Shown piece after piece: positions 14,229 to 26,019 of a stretch of 64,000 nt of DNA (its first letter is position 1; each line of letters begins with the position of its first letter). The DNA comes from Marsupella aquatica (Eukaryota > Plantae > Marchantiophyta), in the NCBI GenBank assembly GCA_973895155.1, contig OZ316895.1, positions 7,924,184 through 7,988,183 of the forward strand, written 5' to 3'. A program made the position numbers and the translations under genes. Under the pieces are notes generated by a model. The model was not told the DNA's origin. It searched no databases and was given only the letters and a program-made list of their open reading frames with translations.

Positions 14229-14514
14229 CTCGGGGGTTTCACTTCCATAAAAATGGCACATCACATGCGACAAAAGATAGGGTCATTTTATTGGTTTGAA
14301 GGGAAGACTTAAGAATTTTTGCAGAAGAATAATAGGGTCTTTTAAATTCAATTTTAAGACTTATAAGAACATTAGGGTCTTTCTAACCAAATTTTTAGAA
14401 TATTCCAACTTTGTAGGGGTTAAAAAATTAAAAAAAATTCTTATATTTTAGGGGGTCCAAGGCCTAAAAACATCGCAAGCGGTGGGGAGGCATCCATGTA
14501 GTGAGGCCCCCGAG
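14229..14514. mobile_element. MITE, copy 2 of the same family, inserted in the copia RT region
   Basis: TIRs ctcgggggtttcacttccat / catgtagtgaggcccccgag, flanks atcaaacc / atcaaatt (6/8 TSD match), and an interior similar to copy 1. Confidence 0.8.
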
Positions 14515-17302
14515 ATCAAATTGTTTATTCCACTGTCTTAGTGACTGCTTCAACCCATACAAGGACCTTAGCAATCTACAAACCAAATCCTATTGTCCTC
14601 TCTTCACAAAACCTAGCGGTTGTCTCATGAAGATCACCTCTTCCAAGGTGCCATAGAGAAAAGTTGTGACAACATCCATCTGATCTAGAAGCAAACCAAA
14701 CATAACAACAAGCGCACACACAATAGTCATATTGTAGAGTACTTAGCAACTGGTGAGAAAACTTAATTATAATCCACATTAATTTTTTTCCTGTGTGAAT
14801 CCCTTGGCTACCAACCTAGCCTTGTAGACCTTTGATCCACCTCCCGTGGACTGATCCTTCAGCTTGTATATCCACTTATTGTCCACCACTTGCTGTCTCT
14901 CAAGCAGCTTGACAAGCTCTCAAGTTTTGTTGTCCTTCAGTGACTGCATTTCCGTTTGCATTGCTGCAGTCCATTCATGCTTCTTCTTAGAAGCACTTGC
15001 CTAATGAAATGAAGAAAGTTCACCTTCTTCCAATATCAATGCATCACCCTCATCATCAATAGCAAAATCCTCCTCTTGCAACTAAGATGAATCAACCCAC
15101 TGTCCATACCTTGGTGGAACATACAATGCGACCAGATGTTCTTCTAGCCGATGACTCTAGTTGATCTGCGTGTGCTGGTACAATCTGAAGCTCAGCAGCA
15201 TCCACTTGTTGCTCACCAACATCAACAAACTCTTCTGGTTCCTCTTGCACAGGAACCAACTCCATAATTGGAACAACTTTTTCTCTCCGGTCATGCACTT
15301 CATGACCAATCTCCCCATGGCTCAACAAGATCCAGGATATGAGATTTTTCTTTGTCAGTATGGAAGGCTTGACTATTTTCCTTCTCCTTTAATAATTTGG
15401 ATTCATTGAAAGAAACATCCATACTGACAACCAGCTTATAGGCAATAGGATCCCATAGCCTATAGGCTTTCAAACCACTCTGGTACCCAAGAAAAACACA
15501 TTTTTTGGAGGTAGGATCCAATTTGGTCATATTATGCTTTGGTGTGAGAGTGTATGCATCACTTTCAAAAACTACCAAGCCATGATAGTCTGCTTGTCCA
15601 TCTGCTTGCCGCTTATAGCGCATCTCAAACGATATTTTGAAATTGATAGCACTGTCTAGAAGGAGAAAGATTTATCATATAAACTACGGTATTGATAGCT
15701 TTTGCCCAAAATTCCTGTGGTAAACGTGATTGGCTCAACATACTCCTTGACCGCTCCAATAGTGTCCGATTAAGTCTCTCAGCGACACCATTATATTGCG
15801 GAGTATAAATTGTGGTGAGATGGCAAGTTATCCCCTGTTCTGAACAATACTCTTCAAATTCCACTGAAGTGTACTTCCCGCCATTGTCTAACCTCAGACT
15901 CTTCACCCTTGTATCCAAACACTTGACCGTGTTTCCAGTCTGATTCTCCACCGGGGCCTACCGCTCTCAAGGGTATAATAACATCAACTGTGGTGGCATT
16001 TGTAGTACTCGCTACTAAGTAAAGCACACGTCCCTTTGCCTCCAACCCAACCAACCCATATTCTGCTCCCAGTAAACCATTTGAGCTCAATTTGATTGTG
16101 ACATTTAGTTTAATTTCAATCACACATTTGAATTTTAGTGCAGATTTTATTTATAGTACATTCCCTTTTGTCTCCATAGTGATGCAATGAGTGGCAGGGA
16201 GAAAAAGGGGCAAGTCATGGCCGAACACTCCCCCTTCAAGTGGCTTTACAAAAACTTGGGGGGCAACAATTCCTTTTTTTTGAAGTGAGATGCAATCCTA
16301 GCCATTCATATATGGGAACTGGCCACAATTCACTTTACATAACCTTGAGGGCACAATCAAGCAAAAGCATAGCCCAACCTAGTCATCTATCAGTGGGCTT
16401 GTATGGGTCCTTTTTTGTTTTGAAGATGTGTGCAAGCTTTTTTGTCAAAAACTTAGACCTCCTCTAGAGGTGGTCTGATAAAAACCAGGAGCAAGACGCG
16501 CTTCTTTTCAGGGAGTTGCTTGATTACTTCTGGACCTGATACATTTTGGTTCAGGCATTTAAGTTTTTGTGTAAGGAAATGGCCATCAGCTTTGCTTTGG
16601 ACGGAGAGACATTGAATGGGCAGAAGTTTGATTTTTGATTTTTTTTCTTCTCAAAAAAGGCTGGGCTGGAGCCCAAAACATAACCGGGGAATGAAAGTCG
16701 CCCGGTTGGGGGGGGGGGAGAATTAAGAGGTCCGACCCGACCAAGCACCAAAGTGCACAAGTTTGATTAATGGGGAAGGACAATAATCCATAGGGTGCAG
16801 AGGAGGGAGTCATAAGATGAGTGAGCCAAACATAAATGTCTAAAAAATGGGAGAACTGATTGAATGGTGAACCAACCCAATGCAAAGTGAGAGGATAGTG
16901 GATGGTTTGCCATGAAATTCAATCCCCTTAGCCCTCCAAAATAAATGCAAAGTTGGAAGGGCTAAGGTGAATAGACAATAACCAACCCTAAACAGCCTAT
17001 GTTTATAGGATAGAAACAATGTAAACCATAAGAAAAAAACCTACCTTCCCAAGCAAACAGAAACCTCTCACCCCTGTAAAAAAGTAAAGGTCGAGGGTTG
17101 CATCTTTTGTTGGAGGAACTTAGCCATGACTGTGTAGGTTCCTTTAAAAAATTGAAGCTGTCAAGAATGCTAGAAAGAAAAAGGATCTAGAAAAATAATA
17201 TTGGTTGCCTTGTATGAAGGTTTTCCCTTGTGAAGTGCTCCCTTCTATGTTTGGTCTCAATGTCTTCTTCCTGACTGCACTTTTGTTCTTCTTGTAGGGC
17301 TA

Positions 17303-18027
17303 CACTCTTCACCGTAATTAGTGTGAGTAACACTAATTCGAGAGTGCCCATTTTTGGGGTCTACTCGCAAATTAATGTTAGTCACACTAATTCCGAGCAA
17401 ACACTAATTTGGTGCATGCCAAATAGTGTTACGTAACATTTATTTGCATGCACGCAAAATAGTGTTATGTAACACTAATTCACGTGACTTTTCAATTTGT
17501 ATTGCGCGGTGCCAGAATGACGGGACTTCAAAGTGTTATTTGCAACCAGGCCTCTCGTCACTAGCTCTTTGTTAGGGTATTCAGTTGTCACTCTCATTCA
17601 GGCTAACATTGATTGATGAGCACAATGTGAGCGGTAGAAATGTGAGCCGACAGAAAAAGACCCCTAATAAATGCTTTAGACTCCACAACTATAGAGCTCT
17701 CCACGTACACCTCTAAATGCTCTTCTGTTGGATGTGAAATAAAATCTCCAAAAATATTGTGTGCAATGGGAGTAAATGTTGCGGAGCCCTCAAATCCCTA
17801 GTAGATACGCTAGCCCTCCATGACTACAGAGCTTTCACCTCCAGATGCTCTATGTACAGTAATATGTTGAACAAAACATTTAAACAAAACCTCAAAAAAA
17901 TGATTTTGAAAACCGACACCAATTAGTGCTACGTTTGCTTCCAGATCAAGTTCACATAAATTAGTGTGACTAACACTAATTTGGACATAACACTAAGTAA
18001 CTTTAACACTAATTACAGTGAACAGTG
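17303..18027. mobile_element. Non-autonomous TIR element with CACT termini and subterminal repeats (CACTA/CMC-like)
   Basis: TIR cact(c/g)ttcac(c/t)gtaattagtgt at both ends, TA on both flanks, and clusters of aattagtgt/acactaatt in both orientations near each end. Confidence 0.7.
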
Positions 18028-21000
18028 TAGTTTTTAGCTCTTTGATTACTTTGTATTGCAAAGTGTCTCTGGTGTAAGCCAGTTTGTCGCCCAACAAGTG
18101 TCTGGTTTCCCTTGCAGTGCTTTTCTAGTTGGTCTGGCTTCATCTGGCAGAGCTATCTTGTCAAATTGGTTTGAAGGGTAGAAGCACCTGGTATTGAGGA
18201 GTATGCGCGTTGTGCTGGGATAGAGCATTCAGTCTTTTGCAATGAATCAATCAATGGATGTGAGCACAATGTTTGCACTCTTCCATAAATACTGTGTATG
18301 ATTTAGTATATGTCAAATCTTGAAAAAGTGTCTCATATTTGTTCTCCAAGCCATGGATCACACCTTGTGTTGTGTTGTTGGAGAGTTTCACCATATGTCT
18401 CCTTTAAAACACTAAAATTAGTCTAGAAAGAAGAGAGTGAAACAAACACTAAGGCAAATGAATAAGCGAAAGAGGACTGTACTTACCAATCTTTAGATGA
18501 AAACAGAGTGAAAATAAATAGTAAACAAAGGAATAAAGAAAGGAGGAGTGTAGTTTTTGCATAGCACTTGAGACAACACACTGAGTGACCAAGGGCAGGG
18601 GAAAGCGAGCTAATGCCAAAGGATTCAGTACTCTCAAGGACCCAGGTGAGGTACTATCTTCAACTTCTGGGAAAATATGTACTGTACTCCTTAGCAAGCG
18701 GGTGCATGGAGGGGTCTGTTTTAAGGTTGAGAATAAACACTGTATGATCATTCTGGCCCAAACTCATTTTGTATACAGACATTTTATTAATAAAGCGCTA
18801 ACTATAATCTACTTTTCACAAGCTAGGGTCTATAGTGAAGTCTCTAGACTGTAACTCTATGGTTATCATGTGCATAGGGAAAACTTATGACATGACTAGA
18901 ATATATGTACATGCTAGTTTTATGTGATAATTTTTAAATATTTATATTCAAAAAATATAGGTAATATGGCCCCACCATAACATATGTGCATAGTATATGG
19001 ATGTGCATAAAAAAAACCTAATGTGCACATGTATCAAGGAGAATGATATATTATATATGATTATTAAAATGATAAATTTTTTTATTAGTTCATTAATCTT
19101 CAAAAAATATGAATAAAGAATATATTTTGATAAATTTTTTATTGTTCTTTTCACTATTCACCTTCAAACAACGGAGGCGGGTAATCAGGGCTAGTACAGC
19201 TAGAAATCGAGCTGGATTGAGTATTACAATTGTGATTTTGTTTTTGGTAGAGTTAGAGTCGAAGGCAACAGTGTCACCGGAAGATTAGCCCCACTGGTGT
19301 GACTCTGGTCACACTCGTCAAAAACATTAGACCCAGGTGCTAACAACTACTAACTAGTGTGACTAGTGTGGTGACAATAATAAATGTTTTGCTAAAACAA
19401 TATAATATAAGGAGTGTACTCAATGACACGACCGCAATTGTGAAATTGAGGTCGAAGGCCGAAGCTGTACTGTAGCATCTTGATTTTTAAGCAACAGTAA
19501 AACCGTCTATTCAACTCATATTCAATCAATGCTGTCAATCTCAAAGGTTTATTTAATTATTTCTCACAGACCAAACACGGATCGTTGTTTGGTTCTGAGC
19601 TAAATAATTAGAACTGAGGTGATAGTTATAGTAGACGACTGGCGGACTGGGACAACCGAAAGATTCCCAGTTGTTCCTCATCGTACTTCCATTAAATGCC
19701 TATTAAGTTCTCTCTGAACCGGGTGCTGAGGGGATTAATGGCACATTGATGGTGTCGACCCTGGGTCAGTGGGTCCCAAGACCCAGCTGGAGCTGCTCTG
19801 AATATTTGTGAGAAGTATTTCTCGCTGCTGCGGCTGTCCGGTATGATATTACCAAGAACGGCTCGGCTAATCTACGATCAATCAAGGAGGAAGGACAGAA
19901 ATTCATTGAGTGCTCTGAAAGAAGAACTTACTTAAGAAGACTCTTTTATTCACAACAAGAAAGTCACGATACAGGTGTAAGTTGAGGAGATTTGAGCTCT
20001 AGACACTGAACAGGGAATGGAAATTGAGGACTTCCTCTCCTGACGTTCGATTCTCATCCACATAACATTCTTTGACCACTTGTGCTTGACTTTAATTAAG
20101 AAAAACTTTACATATTGGTTCAAAATTAATTTGTATTCGAATTCTTTATTCTGCCTTGATTTTATATTTAACCTTCCCATACCATAGGGCCACTACAGTA
20201 GTCATTACCGGTAATCAAAAGAAAGACAGCCATGCCTTTTCCCAAAGAGAAATAGTCACTGCGAGGCAAATATGCACCAAGAGTATACGTACTTAGGGAG
20301 TCACGTTTGGAAAATGCCAATTGAATGGGGCTAATAAATCATGCATGAAAAATATGATTTGTCTAGGACAGGTTACTATATTTTATATCTAAGTAATAAA
20401 TAAAGCTCAATCAAAAACTATTCACTAGGGAGTGTCGAGCGTGAAGCCTCAAGAGAGTGACTAACTAATGAAAGTGAGGGTACACATCCCAGGCAAAGAT
20501 GAACAGGAAAAAGCTCTTGGGCTATGCCGCTTATCCAATAAATAAATTTTTTAAAATGAACAGGAAGTAATGTGGAATATTTTTTTCTGCAGGGTGTTTT
20601 TACTCATCATCTCTCCATGGAAAGGTTTTCCTTGGGTCTACTGTTTAGAATGAAGTCTCTAGATTGTGACTCTAAGAGATGAAGGCAAGGATAGATGAGA
20701 AATAGTAAATAATTTGTTTTTGCAAGGTTTTTTGACGCCACATCTATGTTAGGCTCAAGGAAGGGGTAATATGGATAGTCTGTTTAGAGACTGAAATTAA
20801 AAAAAGTGTAAGCTGCGTCCCTTTGACGTGCTGGGAAGTTGACTGATATACAGTACGTTTACTGTCGTTGCATGTCTCATCTCTAAAGAGAGCTCGAGAG
20901 ACGAATGGTGTAGTTCTTGTGGTCTGCAATTAATGAGTTCAGCCTCATGGGCATGGGTAATGACGGCTAAGAAGTTGACAAGCAGCTTCAGGTAGTCAGG

Positions 21001-21141
21001 ATTGAGAAGCCAGTGCGATAACTTAGCTGGGTTGGACAGAATGATGGTGGTGTTGTGTTAGCAGCGGTAAAGCAATTCAGTGCAGTGGTGGCGCGGACGG
21101 GATGGATCCACGGTAGAAATTTACACGAATGAGTACCTGGA

Positions 21142-21437
21142 TGTAAACAACGTAGTGTCTCTGATTGAATGATCCATGCTGAGGGGAGGCGAGGGCCCCA
21201 CATAAATACACGCCAGGAAATGAGATGGATCAAGATCCATAAAGCAAAGCAAGGAGATCAACGGTAAGAGAAACAGCGTACCACTAACTAACAACTAATC
21301 ACTACTACATGGGAGCGGATAACACGGCGTGATATCCGGGGAGTGGGCAAGATACTAAGGAGAAATACAATGATGCTTTAGGCACTTAGAAAGCGCACCA
21401 TAAGTACTTTACAGTAATGGTAAAGCTACTGTCAACA
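21142..21437 (-). repeat. 3' LTR of the intact copia
   Basis: Identical to 26224-26519; adjacent PPT (minus-strand gagggagga, 21438-21446). Confidence 0.95.
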
Positions 21438-21678
21438 TCCTCCCTCGCTCTAAGTGCAGATTTTAATCAAGGAGGCAAAGATGCCGAGGCAAGAAAGAAA
21501 CACGTGGTCAACCTGGGTATACACAGGGATCTGGTTGTTGTTGGATGTCCTGATAGGAGTGAATCGTAGAATAGGTCGAAGACTGATACAACTCCAACGT
21601 AAAGTAGCAGAGAGAGCAGCGAATGGGCCAAGATCAGATGAAGGTAATAAGGACTCAACAGAAAATTGACGTGGGTAT

Positions 21679-24600
21679 TCAGTGTGATCGAGATAAATGA
21701 TTGCTCGTAGTTCTTAGATCAAGAATACCAATAGCAGACCGATGTCGTTCAAAAAGAGGTCGGGATAAGGCCTTGGTTAGTACATCAGCAGGCTGTTGAT
21801 CTGTAGAGATGTACTGAAGGTTAATCTCCCCCTCAAGGACGCGCTCCCGAACAAAATGGTGATGAACTTCAATGTGTTTCGTGCGCGCATGAAATACCGG
21901 ATTGCGAGCAAGTTTGATGGCCCCTTCGTTGTCACAGTGGAGAGTTGGGCGGGAGGAGGGAAGAGCATCAAGAATATGGTGATCCTTGCACATAAGAGAG
22001 ACGTCACAGTCAGGGACAAGTTGAAGTTCAAGAAGTAGTCGTCGTAGATAGACAGCTTCTTGAGCTGCAGAGGAGAGAGCCATGTACTCAGATTCAGTCG
22101 ATGACTTGCTGGTAGTAGCTTGACGTTTGCTGTGCCAAGAAATGGGACTGTTGCCAAGTGTTAAAATATAAGCTCCTACAGATCTGCGAGTGGTAGGACA
22201 TGTAGCCCAGTCAGCATCAGAGTAGGCAGAAATAGTGAGAGGGGCATTATGTCGATAAGAAATGCCATAGTGAGTAGTATGCCTGAGGTATCGAAAAATA
22301 TGTCGGGTGGCCTGTAAGTGATCCTCACGAGGATCATGCATGAAACGGCTGACCAGACCTACAGCAAAGCATAAGTCGGGTCGGGTGTTTGTGAGATAAA
22401 TAAGCTTTCCGACCATCCTGCAATAAAGATGGGCATCAACTTGAGGAGCAGAAGAATCAGTAGAAAGAATGGTGCCAGTAGGTAAAGGCGTAAGAGCAGG
22501 GGTGCAAGAGTCCATTTGAAATTCTTGGAGAATGTCTTGACAATAACCATGCTGATGTATGTTGATACCGGCAGCAGAGCAATCAAATTCAATGCCCAAA
22601 TATTTCTGAATAGGGCCAAGATCCTTCATGCTAAAGTGTTGAGTAAGAGCAGCTTTATGTGAAGCGATGAAAACGTCGTTGCTACCAGTAAGATAAAAGT
22701 CGTCGACGTGAGTGAGAAGGATAGTGATGTCAGCCCCATCATGGATATAATAAAGATTGTTGTCGAGCATGCTGCGAGTCCACCCAAGTTTGGTTAAGAT
22801 AGCATGTAAGGTGTCGTACCAAGCTTTGGAAGACTGTCGAAGACCGTAAAGAGAATTGTTAAGATGACAAACAAGATGCTCTTTGCCAGGAATTCGATAA
22901 CCAGGTGGTTGATGCATAAAAATATCCTCCAAAACTTTGCTATTGAGGAATGCAGTATCAACATCCATGTGTGTGATATGCCAGCCTCGAGAAGCAGTGA
23001 TGGCAGTGATGGTGCGAAGAGTAGCCCACTTGACTACAGGTGCAAAAGTTTCAAAATAGTCAATGCCATGTTGCTGATAGTTGCCTTTGGCGACAAGGCG
23101 AGCTTTTAGACGAGCATGGGTGGCAGATATTGGTTTTCGTTTTAAAACCCACATAGACGGAATAGCCCGTTTTCCAGGTGGTAGCTCAACAAGAGTCCAA
23201 GTATTGGTCTTATGAATGGAGTCTAATTCTTCGTCCATAGCTGCACACCAAGCAGGATCAGATAAAGCCTGAGCAAGAGATATTTGATCACTGATGGTTG
23301 GGTCATCAGTTTCAATGGCACAAGCAGATAATTCAAGAGGCGGAGGTTCAGCGTAGAAACCAAGAAGACGAGAGTTGTGTGAACGAAGCCGTCCTGAACG
23401 TCTGAGTTCTGTTGGTACAGAAATGATGCCAGAAGGGGCAGCATCAGTAGATGGAGCAGCATCAGTCGAGATAATAGTGGCAGCATCCTCAGGATCATCA
23501 TTTGCGTCAAGAGTGGGAATATTGGCAGCAACTGCGTCAGAAATAGGGACGTCAAAAGATGATAGATCATGAAAGTTGATGTGAGTTGGCTCTGGTCCTG
23601 GTACAGCATATATGCCAATTTCGGTTTCATCAAAACGAACATCTCTACTGATGAGAATTTTCCGACGAAGAGGTGAGTAGCAGCGATAACCTTTGGTATT
23701 TTCATCATAGCCAACAAAAATGGCTTTAATAGACTTAGGTTCAAGCTTGGACCGAAGATGGGCTGGGACATGCAAATAAGCTGTGCAACCAATAATACGT
23801 AAATGACTGACGTCAGGTTTGGTGCCAAATAGCTGCTCAAAAGGGGTTGTCTTGTATAGAGATCGGGTGGAGCATAGATTGAGAACATGTGTGGCAGCTC
23901 GAACCATCTCTTCCCAAAGTGTAGCTGGAAGGTGAGCACCAAAACAAAGACTGCGAGCTGCTTCAATCAACGTTCGATTCTTTCTCTCAGAGACGCCATT
24001 CTGATGTGGAGTGTGCGCGGCAGTCAGTTGTCGGTGAATCCCATTGCTAAGACAGAATTGTTGAAAATCAAGAGAAAGATATTCGCCGCCACGGTCGGAA
24101 CGCAAACAGCCAATCTGAGAGCTGAACTGGTTTTGTACAGAAGCACAAAAATTTCTAAAAGAAGTGAAAACCTCAGATTTGAACCGAAGAAAGAAAGTCC
24201 ACGTATACCTGGTGTAGTCATCTGTAAACGTGAGAACGTAGCGAGATCCAGATAATGAAGGAATACGAGCTGGTCCCCAAACATCAGAGTGGACCAATTC
24301 AAAAGGTCGTGTGGTCTGAGTTTTGGAGGATTTAGGAATCCTTTCACGAGTTTGTTTGGCCTCCATGCAAACACCACAAAGGGTCTTGTTGCAAGTGTGA
24401 GAAAAAGAAGGAAGCCCGGTCACTAGCTTAGTGGAGCTCATGTGTGACAATTTCTGAAAATGTATGTGACTAAGTCGTCGATGCCAAAGATCAAAGTCAG
24501 ATATAGTAGTAGTGGCAACGTGACAGGTGGGAGAAGTAAATAAATTACGGCCCACCACACTCATATGAGGAGGCTTAGGAATTAGAGTGTATAAGCGACT

Positions 24601-26019
24601 TACTGGATCACGAGTACCATGCATGCATACTTGATGTTGTTTGTCCAGCACCAAGCATTGAGAGGACGTAAAACATATAGTATTGCCTAAGTCTGCAAGA
24701 TTTCCAACTGAAAGGAGACTACTTCTAGCACTCGGCACATATAAAACGTTGGAAACTTTATTCTCATCAAGAACGAGAGTCCCCTTGCCTTTGACATCCA
24801 AGGCAACTCCACCGGCAGTTGCCACTGAGGAACCAGAAGGAAGGGTTACAAAATTTATGAGTCCAGCAGCGTCACCAGTGAGGTGCGTGTTGGCTCCAGA
24901 ATCAAAAATCCATTCAGGCTTGCTAAGCTCAGCTGTAATTTCAGAGAAATTTGCTTCTAGTATCTGATCAGCAGTGAGAGTGGGATCAACTTCAGCCACA
25001 GAATCGAAATATTCTTCAAAATCAGCATTCTGGTCACCACCGGTTGGGGCATTGTCAAAATTTGCTTCAACAAGATTAGCAGCACGAGCAGGTCCTAGGT
25101 TTGCCTGGCCCAATCTAGCGGTGAGCTGCTGCAGTTCAGACTCTAGCCCACGGAAAGGGCAATTGCGAGCTAGGTGAGTTGCATCACCACAAGTGAAGCA
25201 ATCACCACGAGCATTGTTGTTAAAAGGAGCACGGCCACGCCCACGTCCCATACGTCCGCCAAAATGAGGTCCACCGCGTCCTCGACCACGTACACCTGCA
25301 AAATTGTTGGCTCGTCCAAGTGGTGCCTGTAAGAAAGCTCGAGCAAAGAGTGCCTCCTCGCCAGCAAAAGAACGAGCTCCACGACGACTCTCTTCTTCAC
25401 GAATGATATTTTCGAGCTGTGAAAAAGAGGGCATGTTCTCCCGTCCTGCAAGAACAGAACCAAAAGTTTCCCAGCTGGAAGGGAGAGCATCGATAATAAC
25501 TCCCTGCATTTCTTCATCAGTGAAGGTGACGTCTACAGCGGCAAGGTCATTAAGTAACTCATTGACAGTACTGAAATTAGTAGCCATGGAAGCAGATTCA
25601 GGAAATCTCAGACTGAAAAGCTTCCGTTTAAGCACAGCACGACGAGTGGTAGTGTTGCCGGCACAGGCACGACGAAGTTCGGTCCACAGTACTGCTGGAT
25701 CATCAATGCGGACATAGCGGGCAAGCATCTTGTCCTCAATTGCCTTGGTCATCATGTATAAGGCCTTGTTCTGAGCGGCACGTCGCTCAGCCTGAGTCGG
25801 ATTAACTGGATCATTCGGATCAAGAATCATACCAAGTAGATTCTCACGTACGACATACCAAATTCGCTCCTTGATGAAGCTCTGCTTCATCTTGTAAGAC
25901 CATAATGGGTAGTTATTCCCATTAAGCTTCTCGTCCTTGGACATTGAGAAGTTCAAGTCTTGATTCATCTTGCCTCTGTAGTACCTACGTAAGTACCTAC
26001 GTAAAGTGATTGACTGCAT
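21679..26019 (-). CDS. Copia Gag-Pol polyprotein (Gag, CCHC knuckle, protease, integrase, RT, RNase H)
   Basis: KLNGNNYPLW (Gag), CFTCGDATHLARNC, WIFDSGA (protease), WHRRLSH..CGVC, HSDVWGP/RSDRGGEY/GVSERKNR (DDE integrase), KARLVAKG, HVDD (RT), YSDADWA/CDN/ADVLTK (RNase H). Integrase precedes RT, the copia order. The true start may be the ATG at 25968. Confidence 0.97.
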   Translation of the reverse strand: MQSITLRRYLRRYYRGKMNQDLNFSMSKDEKLNGNNYPLWSYKMKQSFIKERIWYVVRENLLGMILDPNDPVNPTQAERRAAQNKALYMMTKAIEDKMLARYVRIDDPAVLWTELRRACAGNTTTRRAVLKRKLFSLRFPESASMATNFSTVNELLNDLAAVDVTFTDEEMQGVIIDALPSSWETFGSVLAGRENMPSFSQLENIIREEESRRGARSFAGEEALFARAFLQAPLGRANNFAGVRGRGRGGPHFGGRMGRGRGRAPFNNNARGDCFTCGDATHLARNCPFRGLESELQQLTARLGQANLGPARAANLVEANFDNAPTGGDQNADFEEYFDSVAEVDPTLTADQILEANFSEITAELSKPEWIFDSGANTHLTGDAAGLINFVTLPSGSSVATAGGVALDVKGKGTLVLDENKVSNVLYVPSARSSLLSVGNLADLGNTICFTSSQCLVLDKQHQVCMHGTRDPVSRLYTLIPKPPHMSVVGRNLFTSPTCHVATTTISDFDLWHRRLSHIHFQKLSHMSSTKLVTGLPSFSHTCNKTLCGVCMEAKQTRERIPKSSKTQTTRPFELVHSDVWGPARIPSLSGSRYVLTFTDDYTRYTWTFFLRFKSEVFTSFRNFCASVQNQFSSQIGCLRSDRGGEYLSLDFQQFCLSNGIHRQLTAAHTPHQNGVSERKNRTLIEAARSLCFGAHLPATLWEEMVRAATHVLNLCSTRSLYKTTPFEQLFGTKPDVSHLRIIGCTAYLHVPAHLRSKLEPKSIKAIFVGYDENTKGYRCYSPLRRKILISRDVRFDETEIGIYAVPGPEPTHINFHDLSSFDVPISDAVAANIPTLDANDDPEDAATIISTDAAPSTDAAPSGIISVPTELRRSGRLRSHNSRLLGFYAEPPPLELSACAIETDDPTISDQISLAQALSDPAWCAAMDEELDSIHKTNTWTLVELPPGKRAIPSMWVLKRKPISATHARLKARLVAKGNYQQHGIDYFETFAPVVKWATLRTITAITASRGWHITHMDVDTAFLNSKVLEDIFMHQPPGYRIPGKEHLVCHLNNSLYGLRQSSKAWYDTLHAILTKLGWTRSMLDNNLYYIHDGADITILLTHVDDFYLTGSNDVFIASHKAALTQHFSMKDLGPIQKYLGIEFDCSAAGINIHQHGYCQDILQEFQMDSCTPALTPLPTGTILSTDSSAPQVDAHLYCRMVGKLIYLTNTRPDLCFAVGLVSRFMHDPREDHLQATRHIFRYLRHTTHYGISYRHNAPLTISAYSDADWATCPTTRRSVGAYILTLGNSPISWHSKRQATTSKSSTESEYMALSSAAQEAVYLRRLLLELQLVPDCDVSLMCKDHHILDALPSSRPTLHCDNEGAIKLARNPVFHARTKHIEVHHHFVRERVLEGEINLQYISTDQQPADVLTKALSRPLFERHRSAIGILDLRTTSNHLSRSH

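Larger units (their letters stand above)
12258..15952 (-). mobile_element. Decayed, 5'-truncated Ty1/copia LTR retrotransposon (integrase-RT-RNase H remnants plus 3' LTR)
   Basis: Minus-strand fragments: LRLDNGGKY..TPQYNGVAERLNRTLLERSRSML (integrase), KLDPTSKKCVFLGY..KAYRLWDP, LVLYVDDMLIA..FKMKDLGPAKRILGMEI (RT) and KHIDVRY (RNase H), with stops and frameshifts. A polypurine tract (plus-strand atctccccct) abuts the LTR at 12602. Confidence 0.9.

Noticed and set aside
21777-25717. Many alternative-frame and antisense ORFs inside the copia polyprotein
   Set aside because: These are shadow ORFs of a long coding region with no independent motifs.
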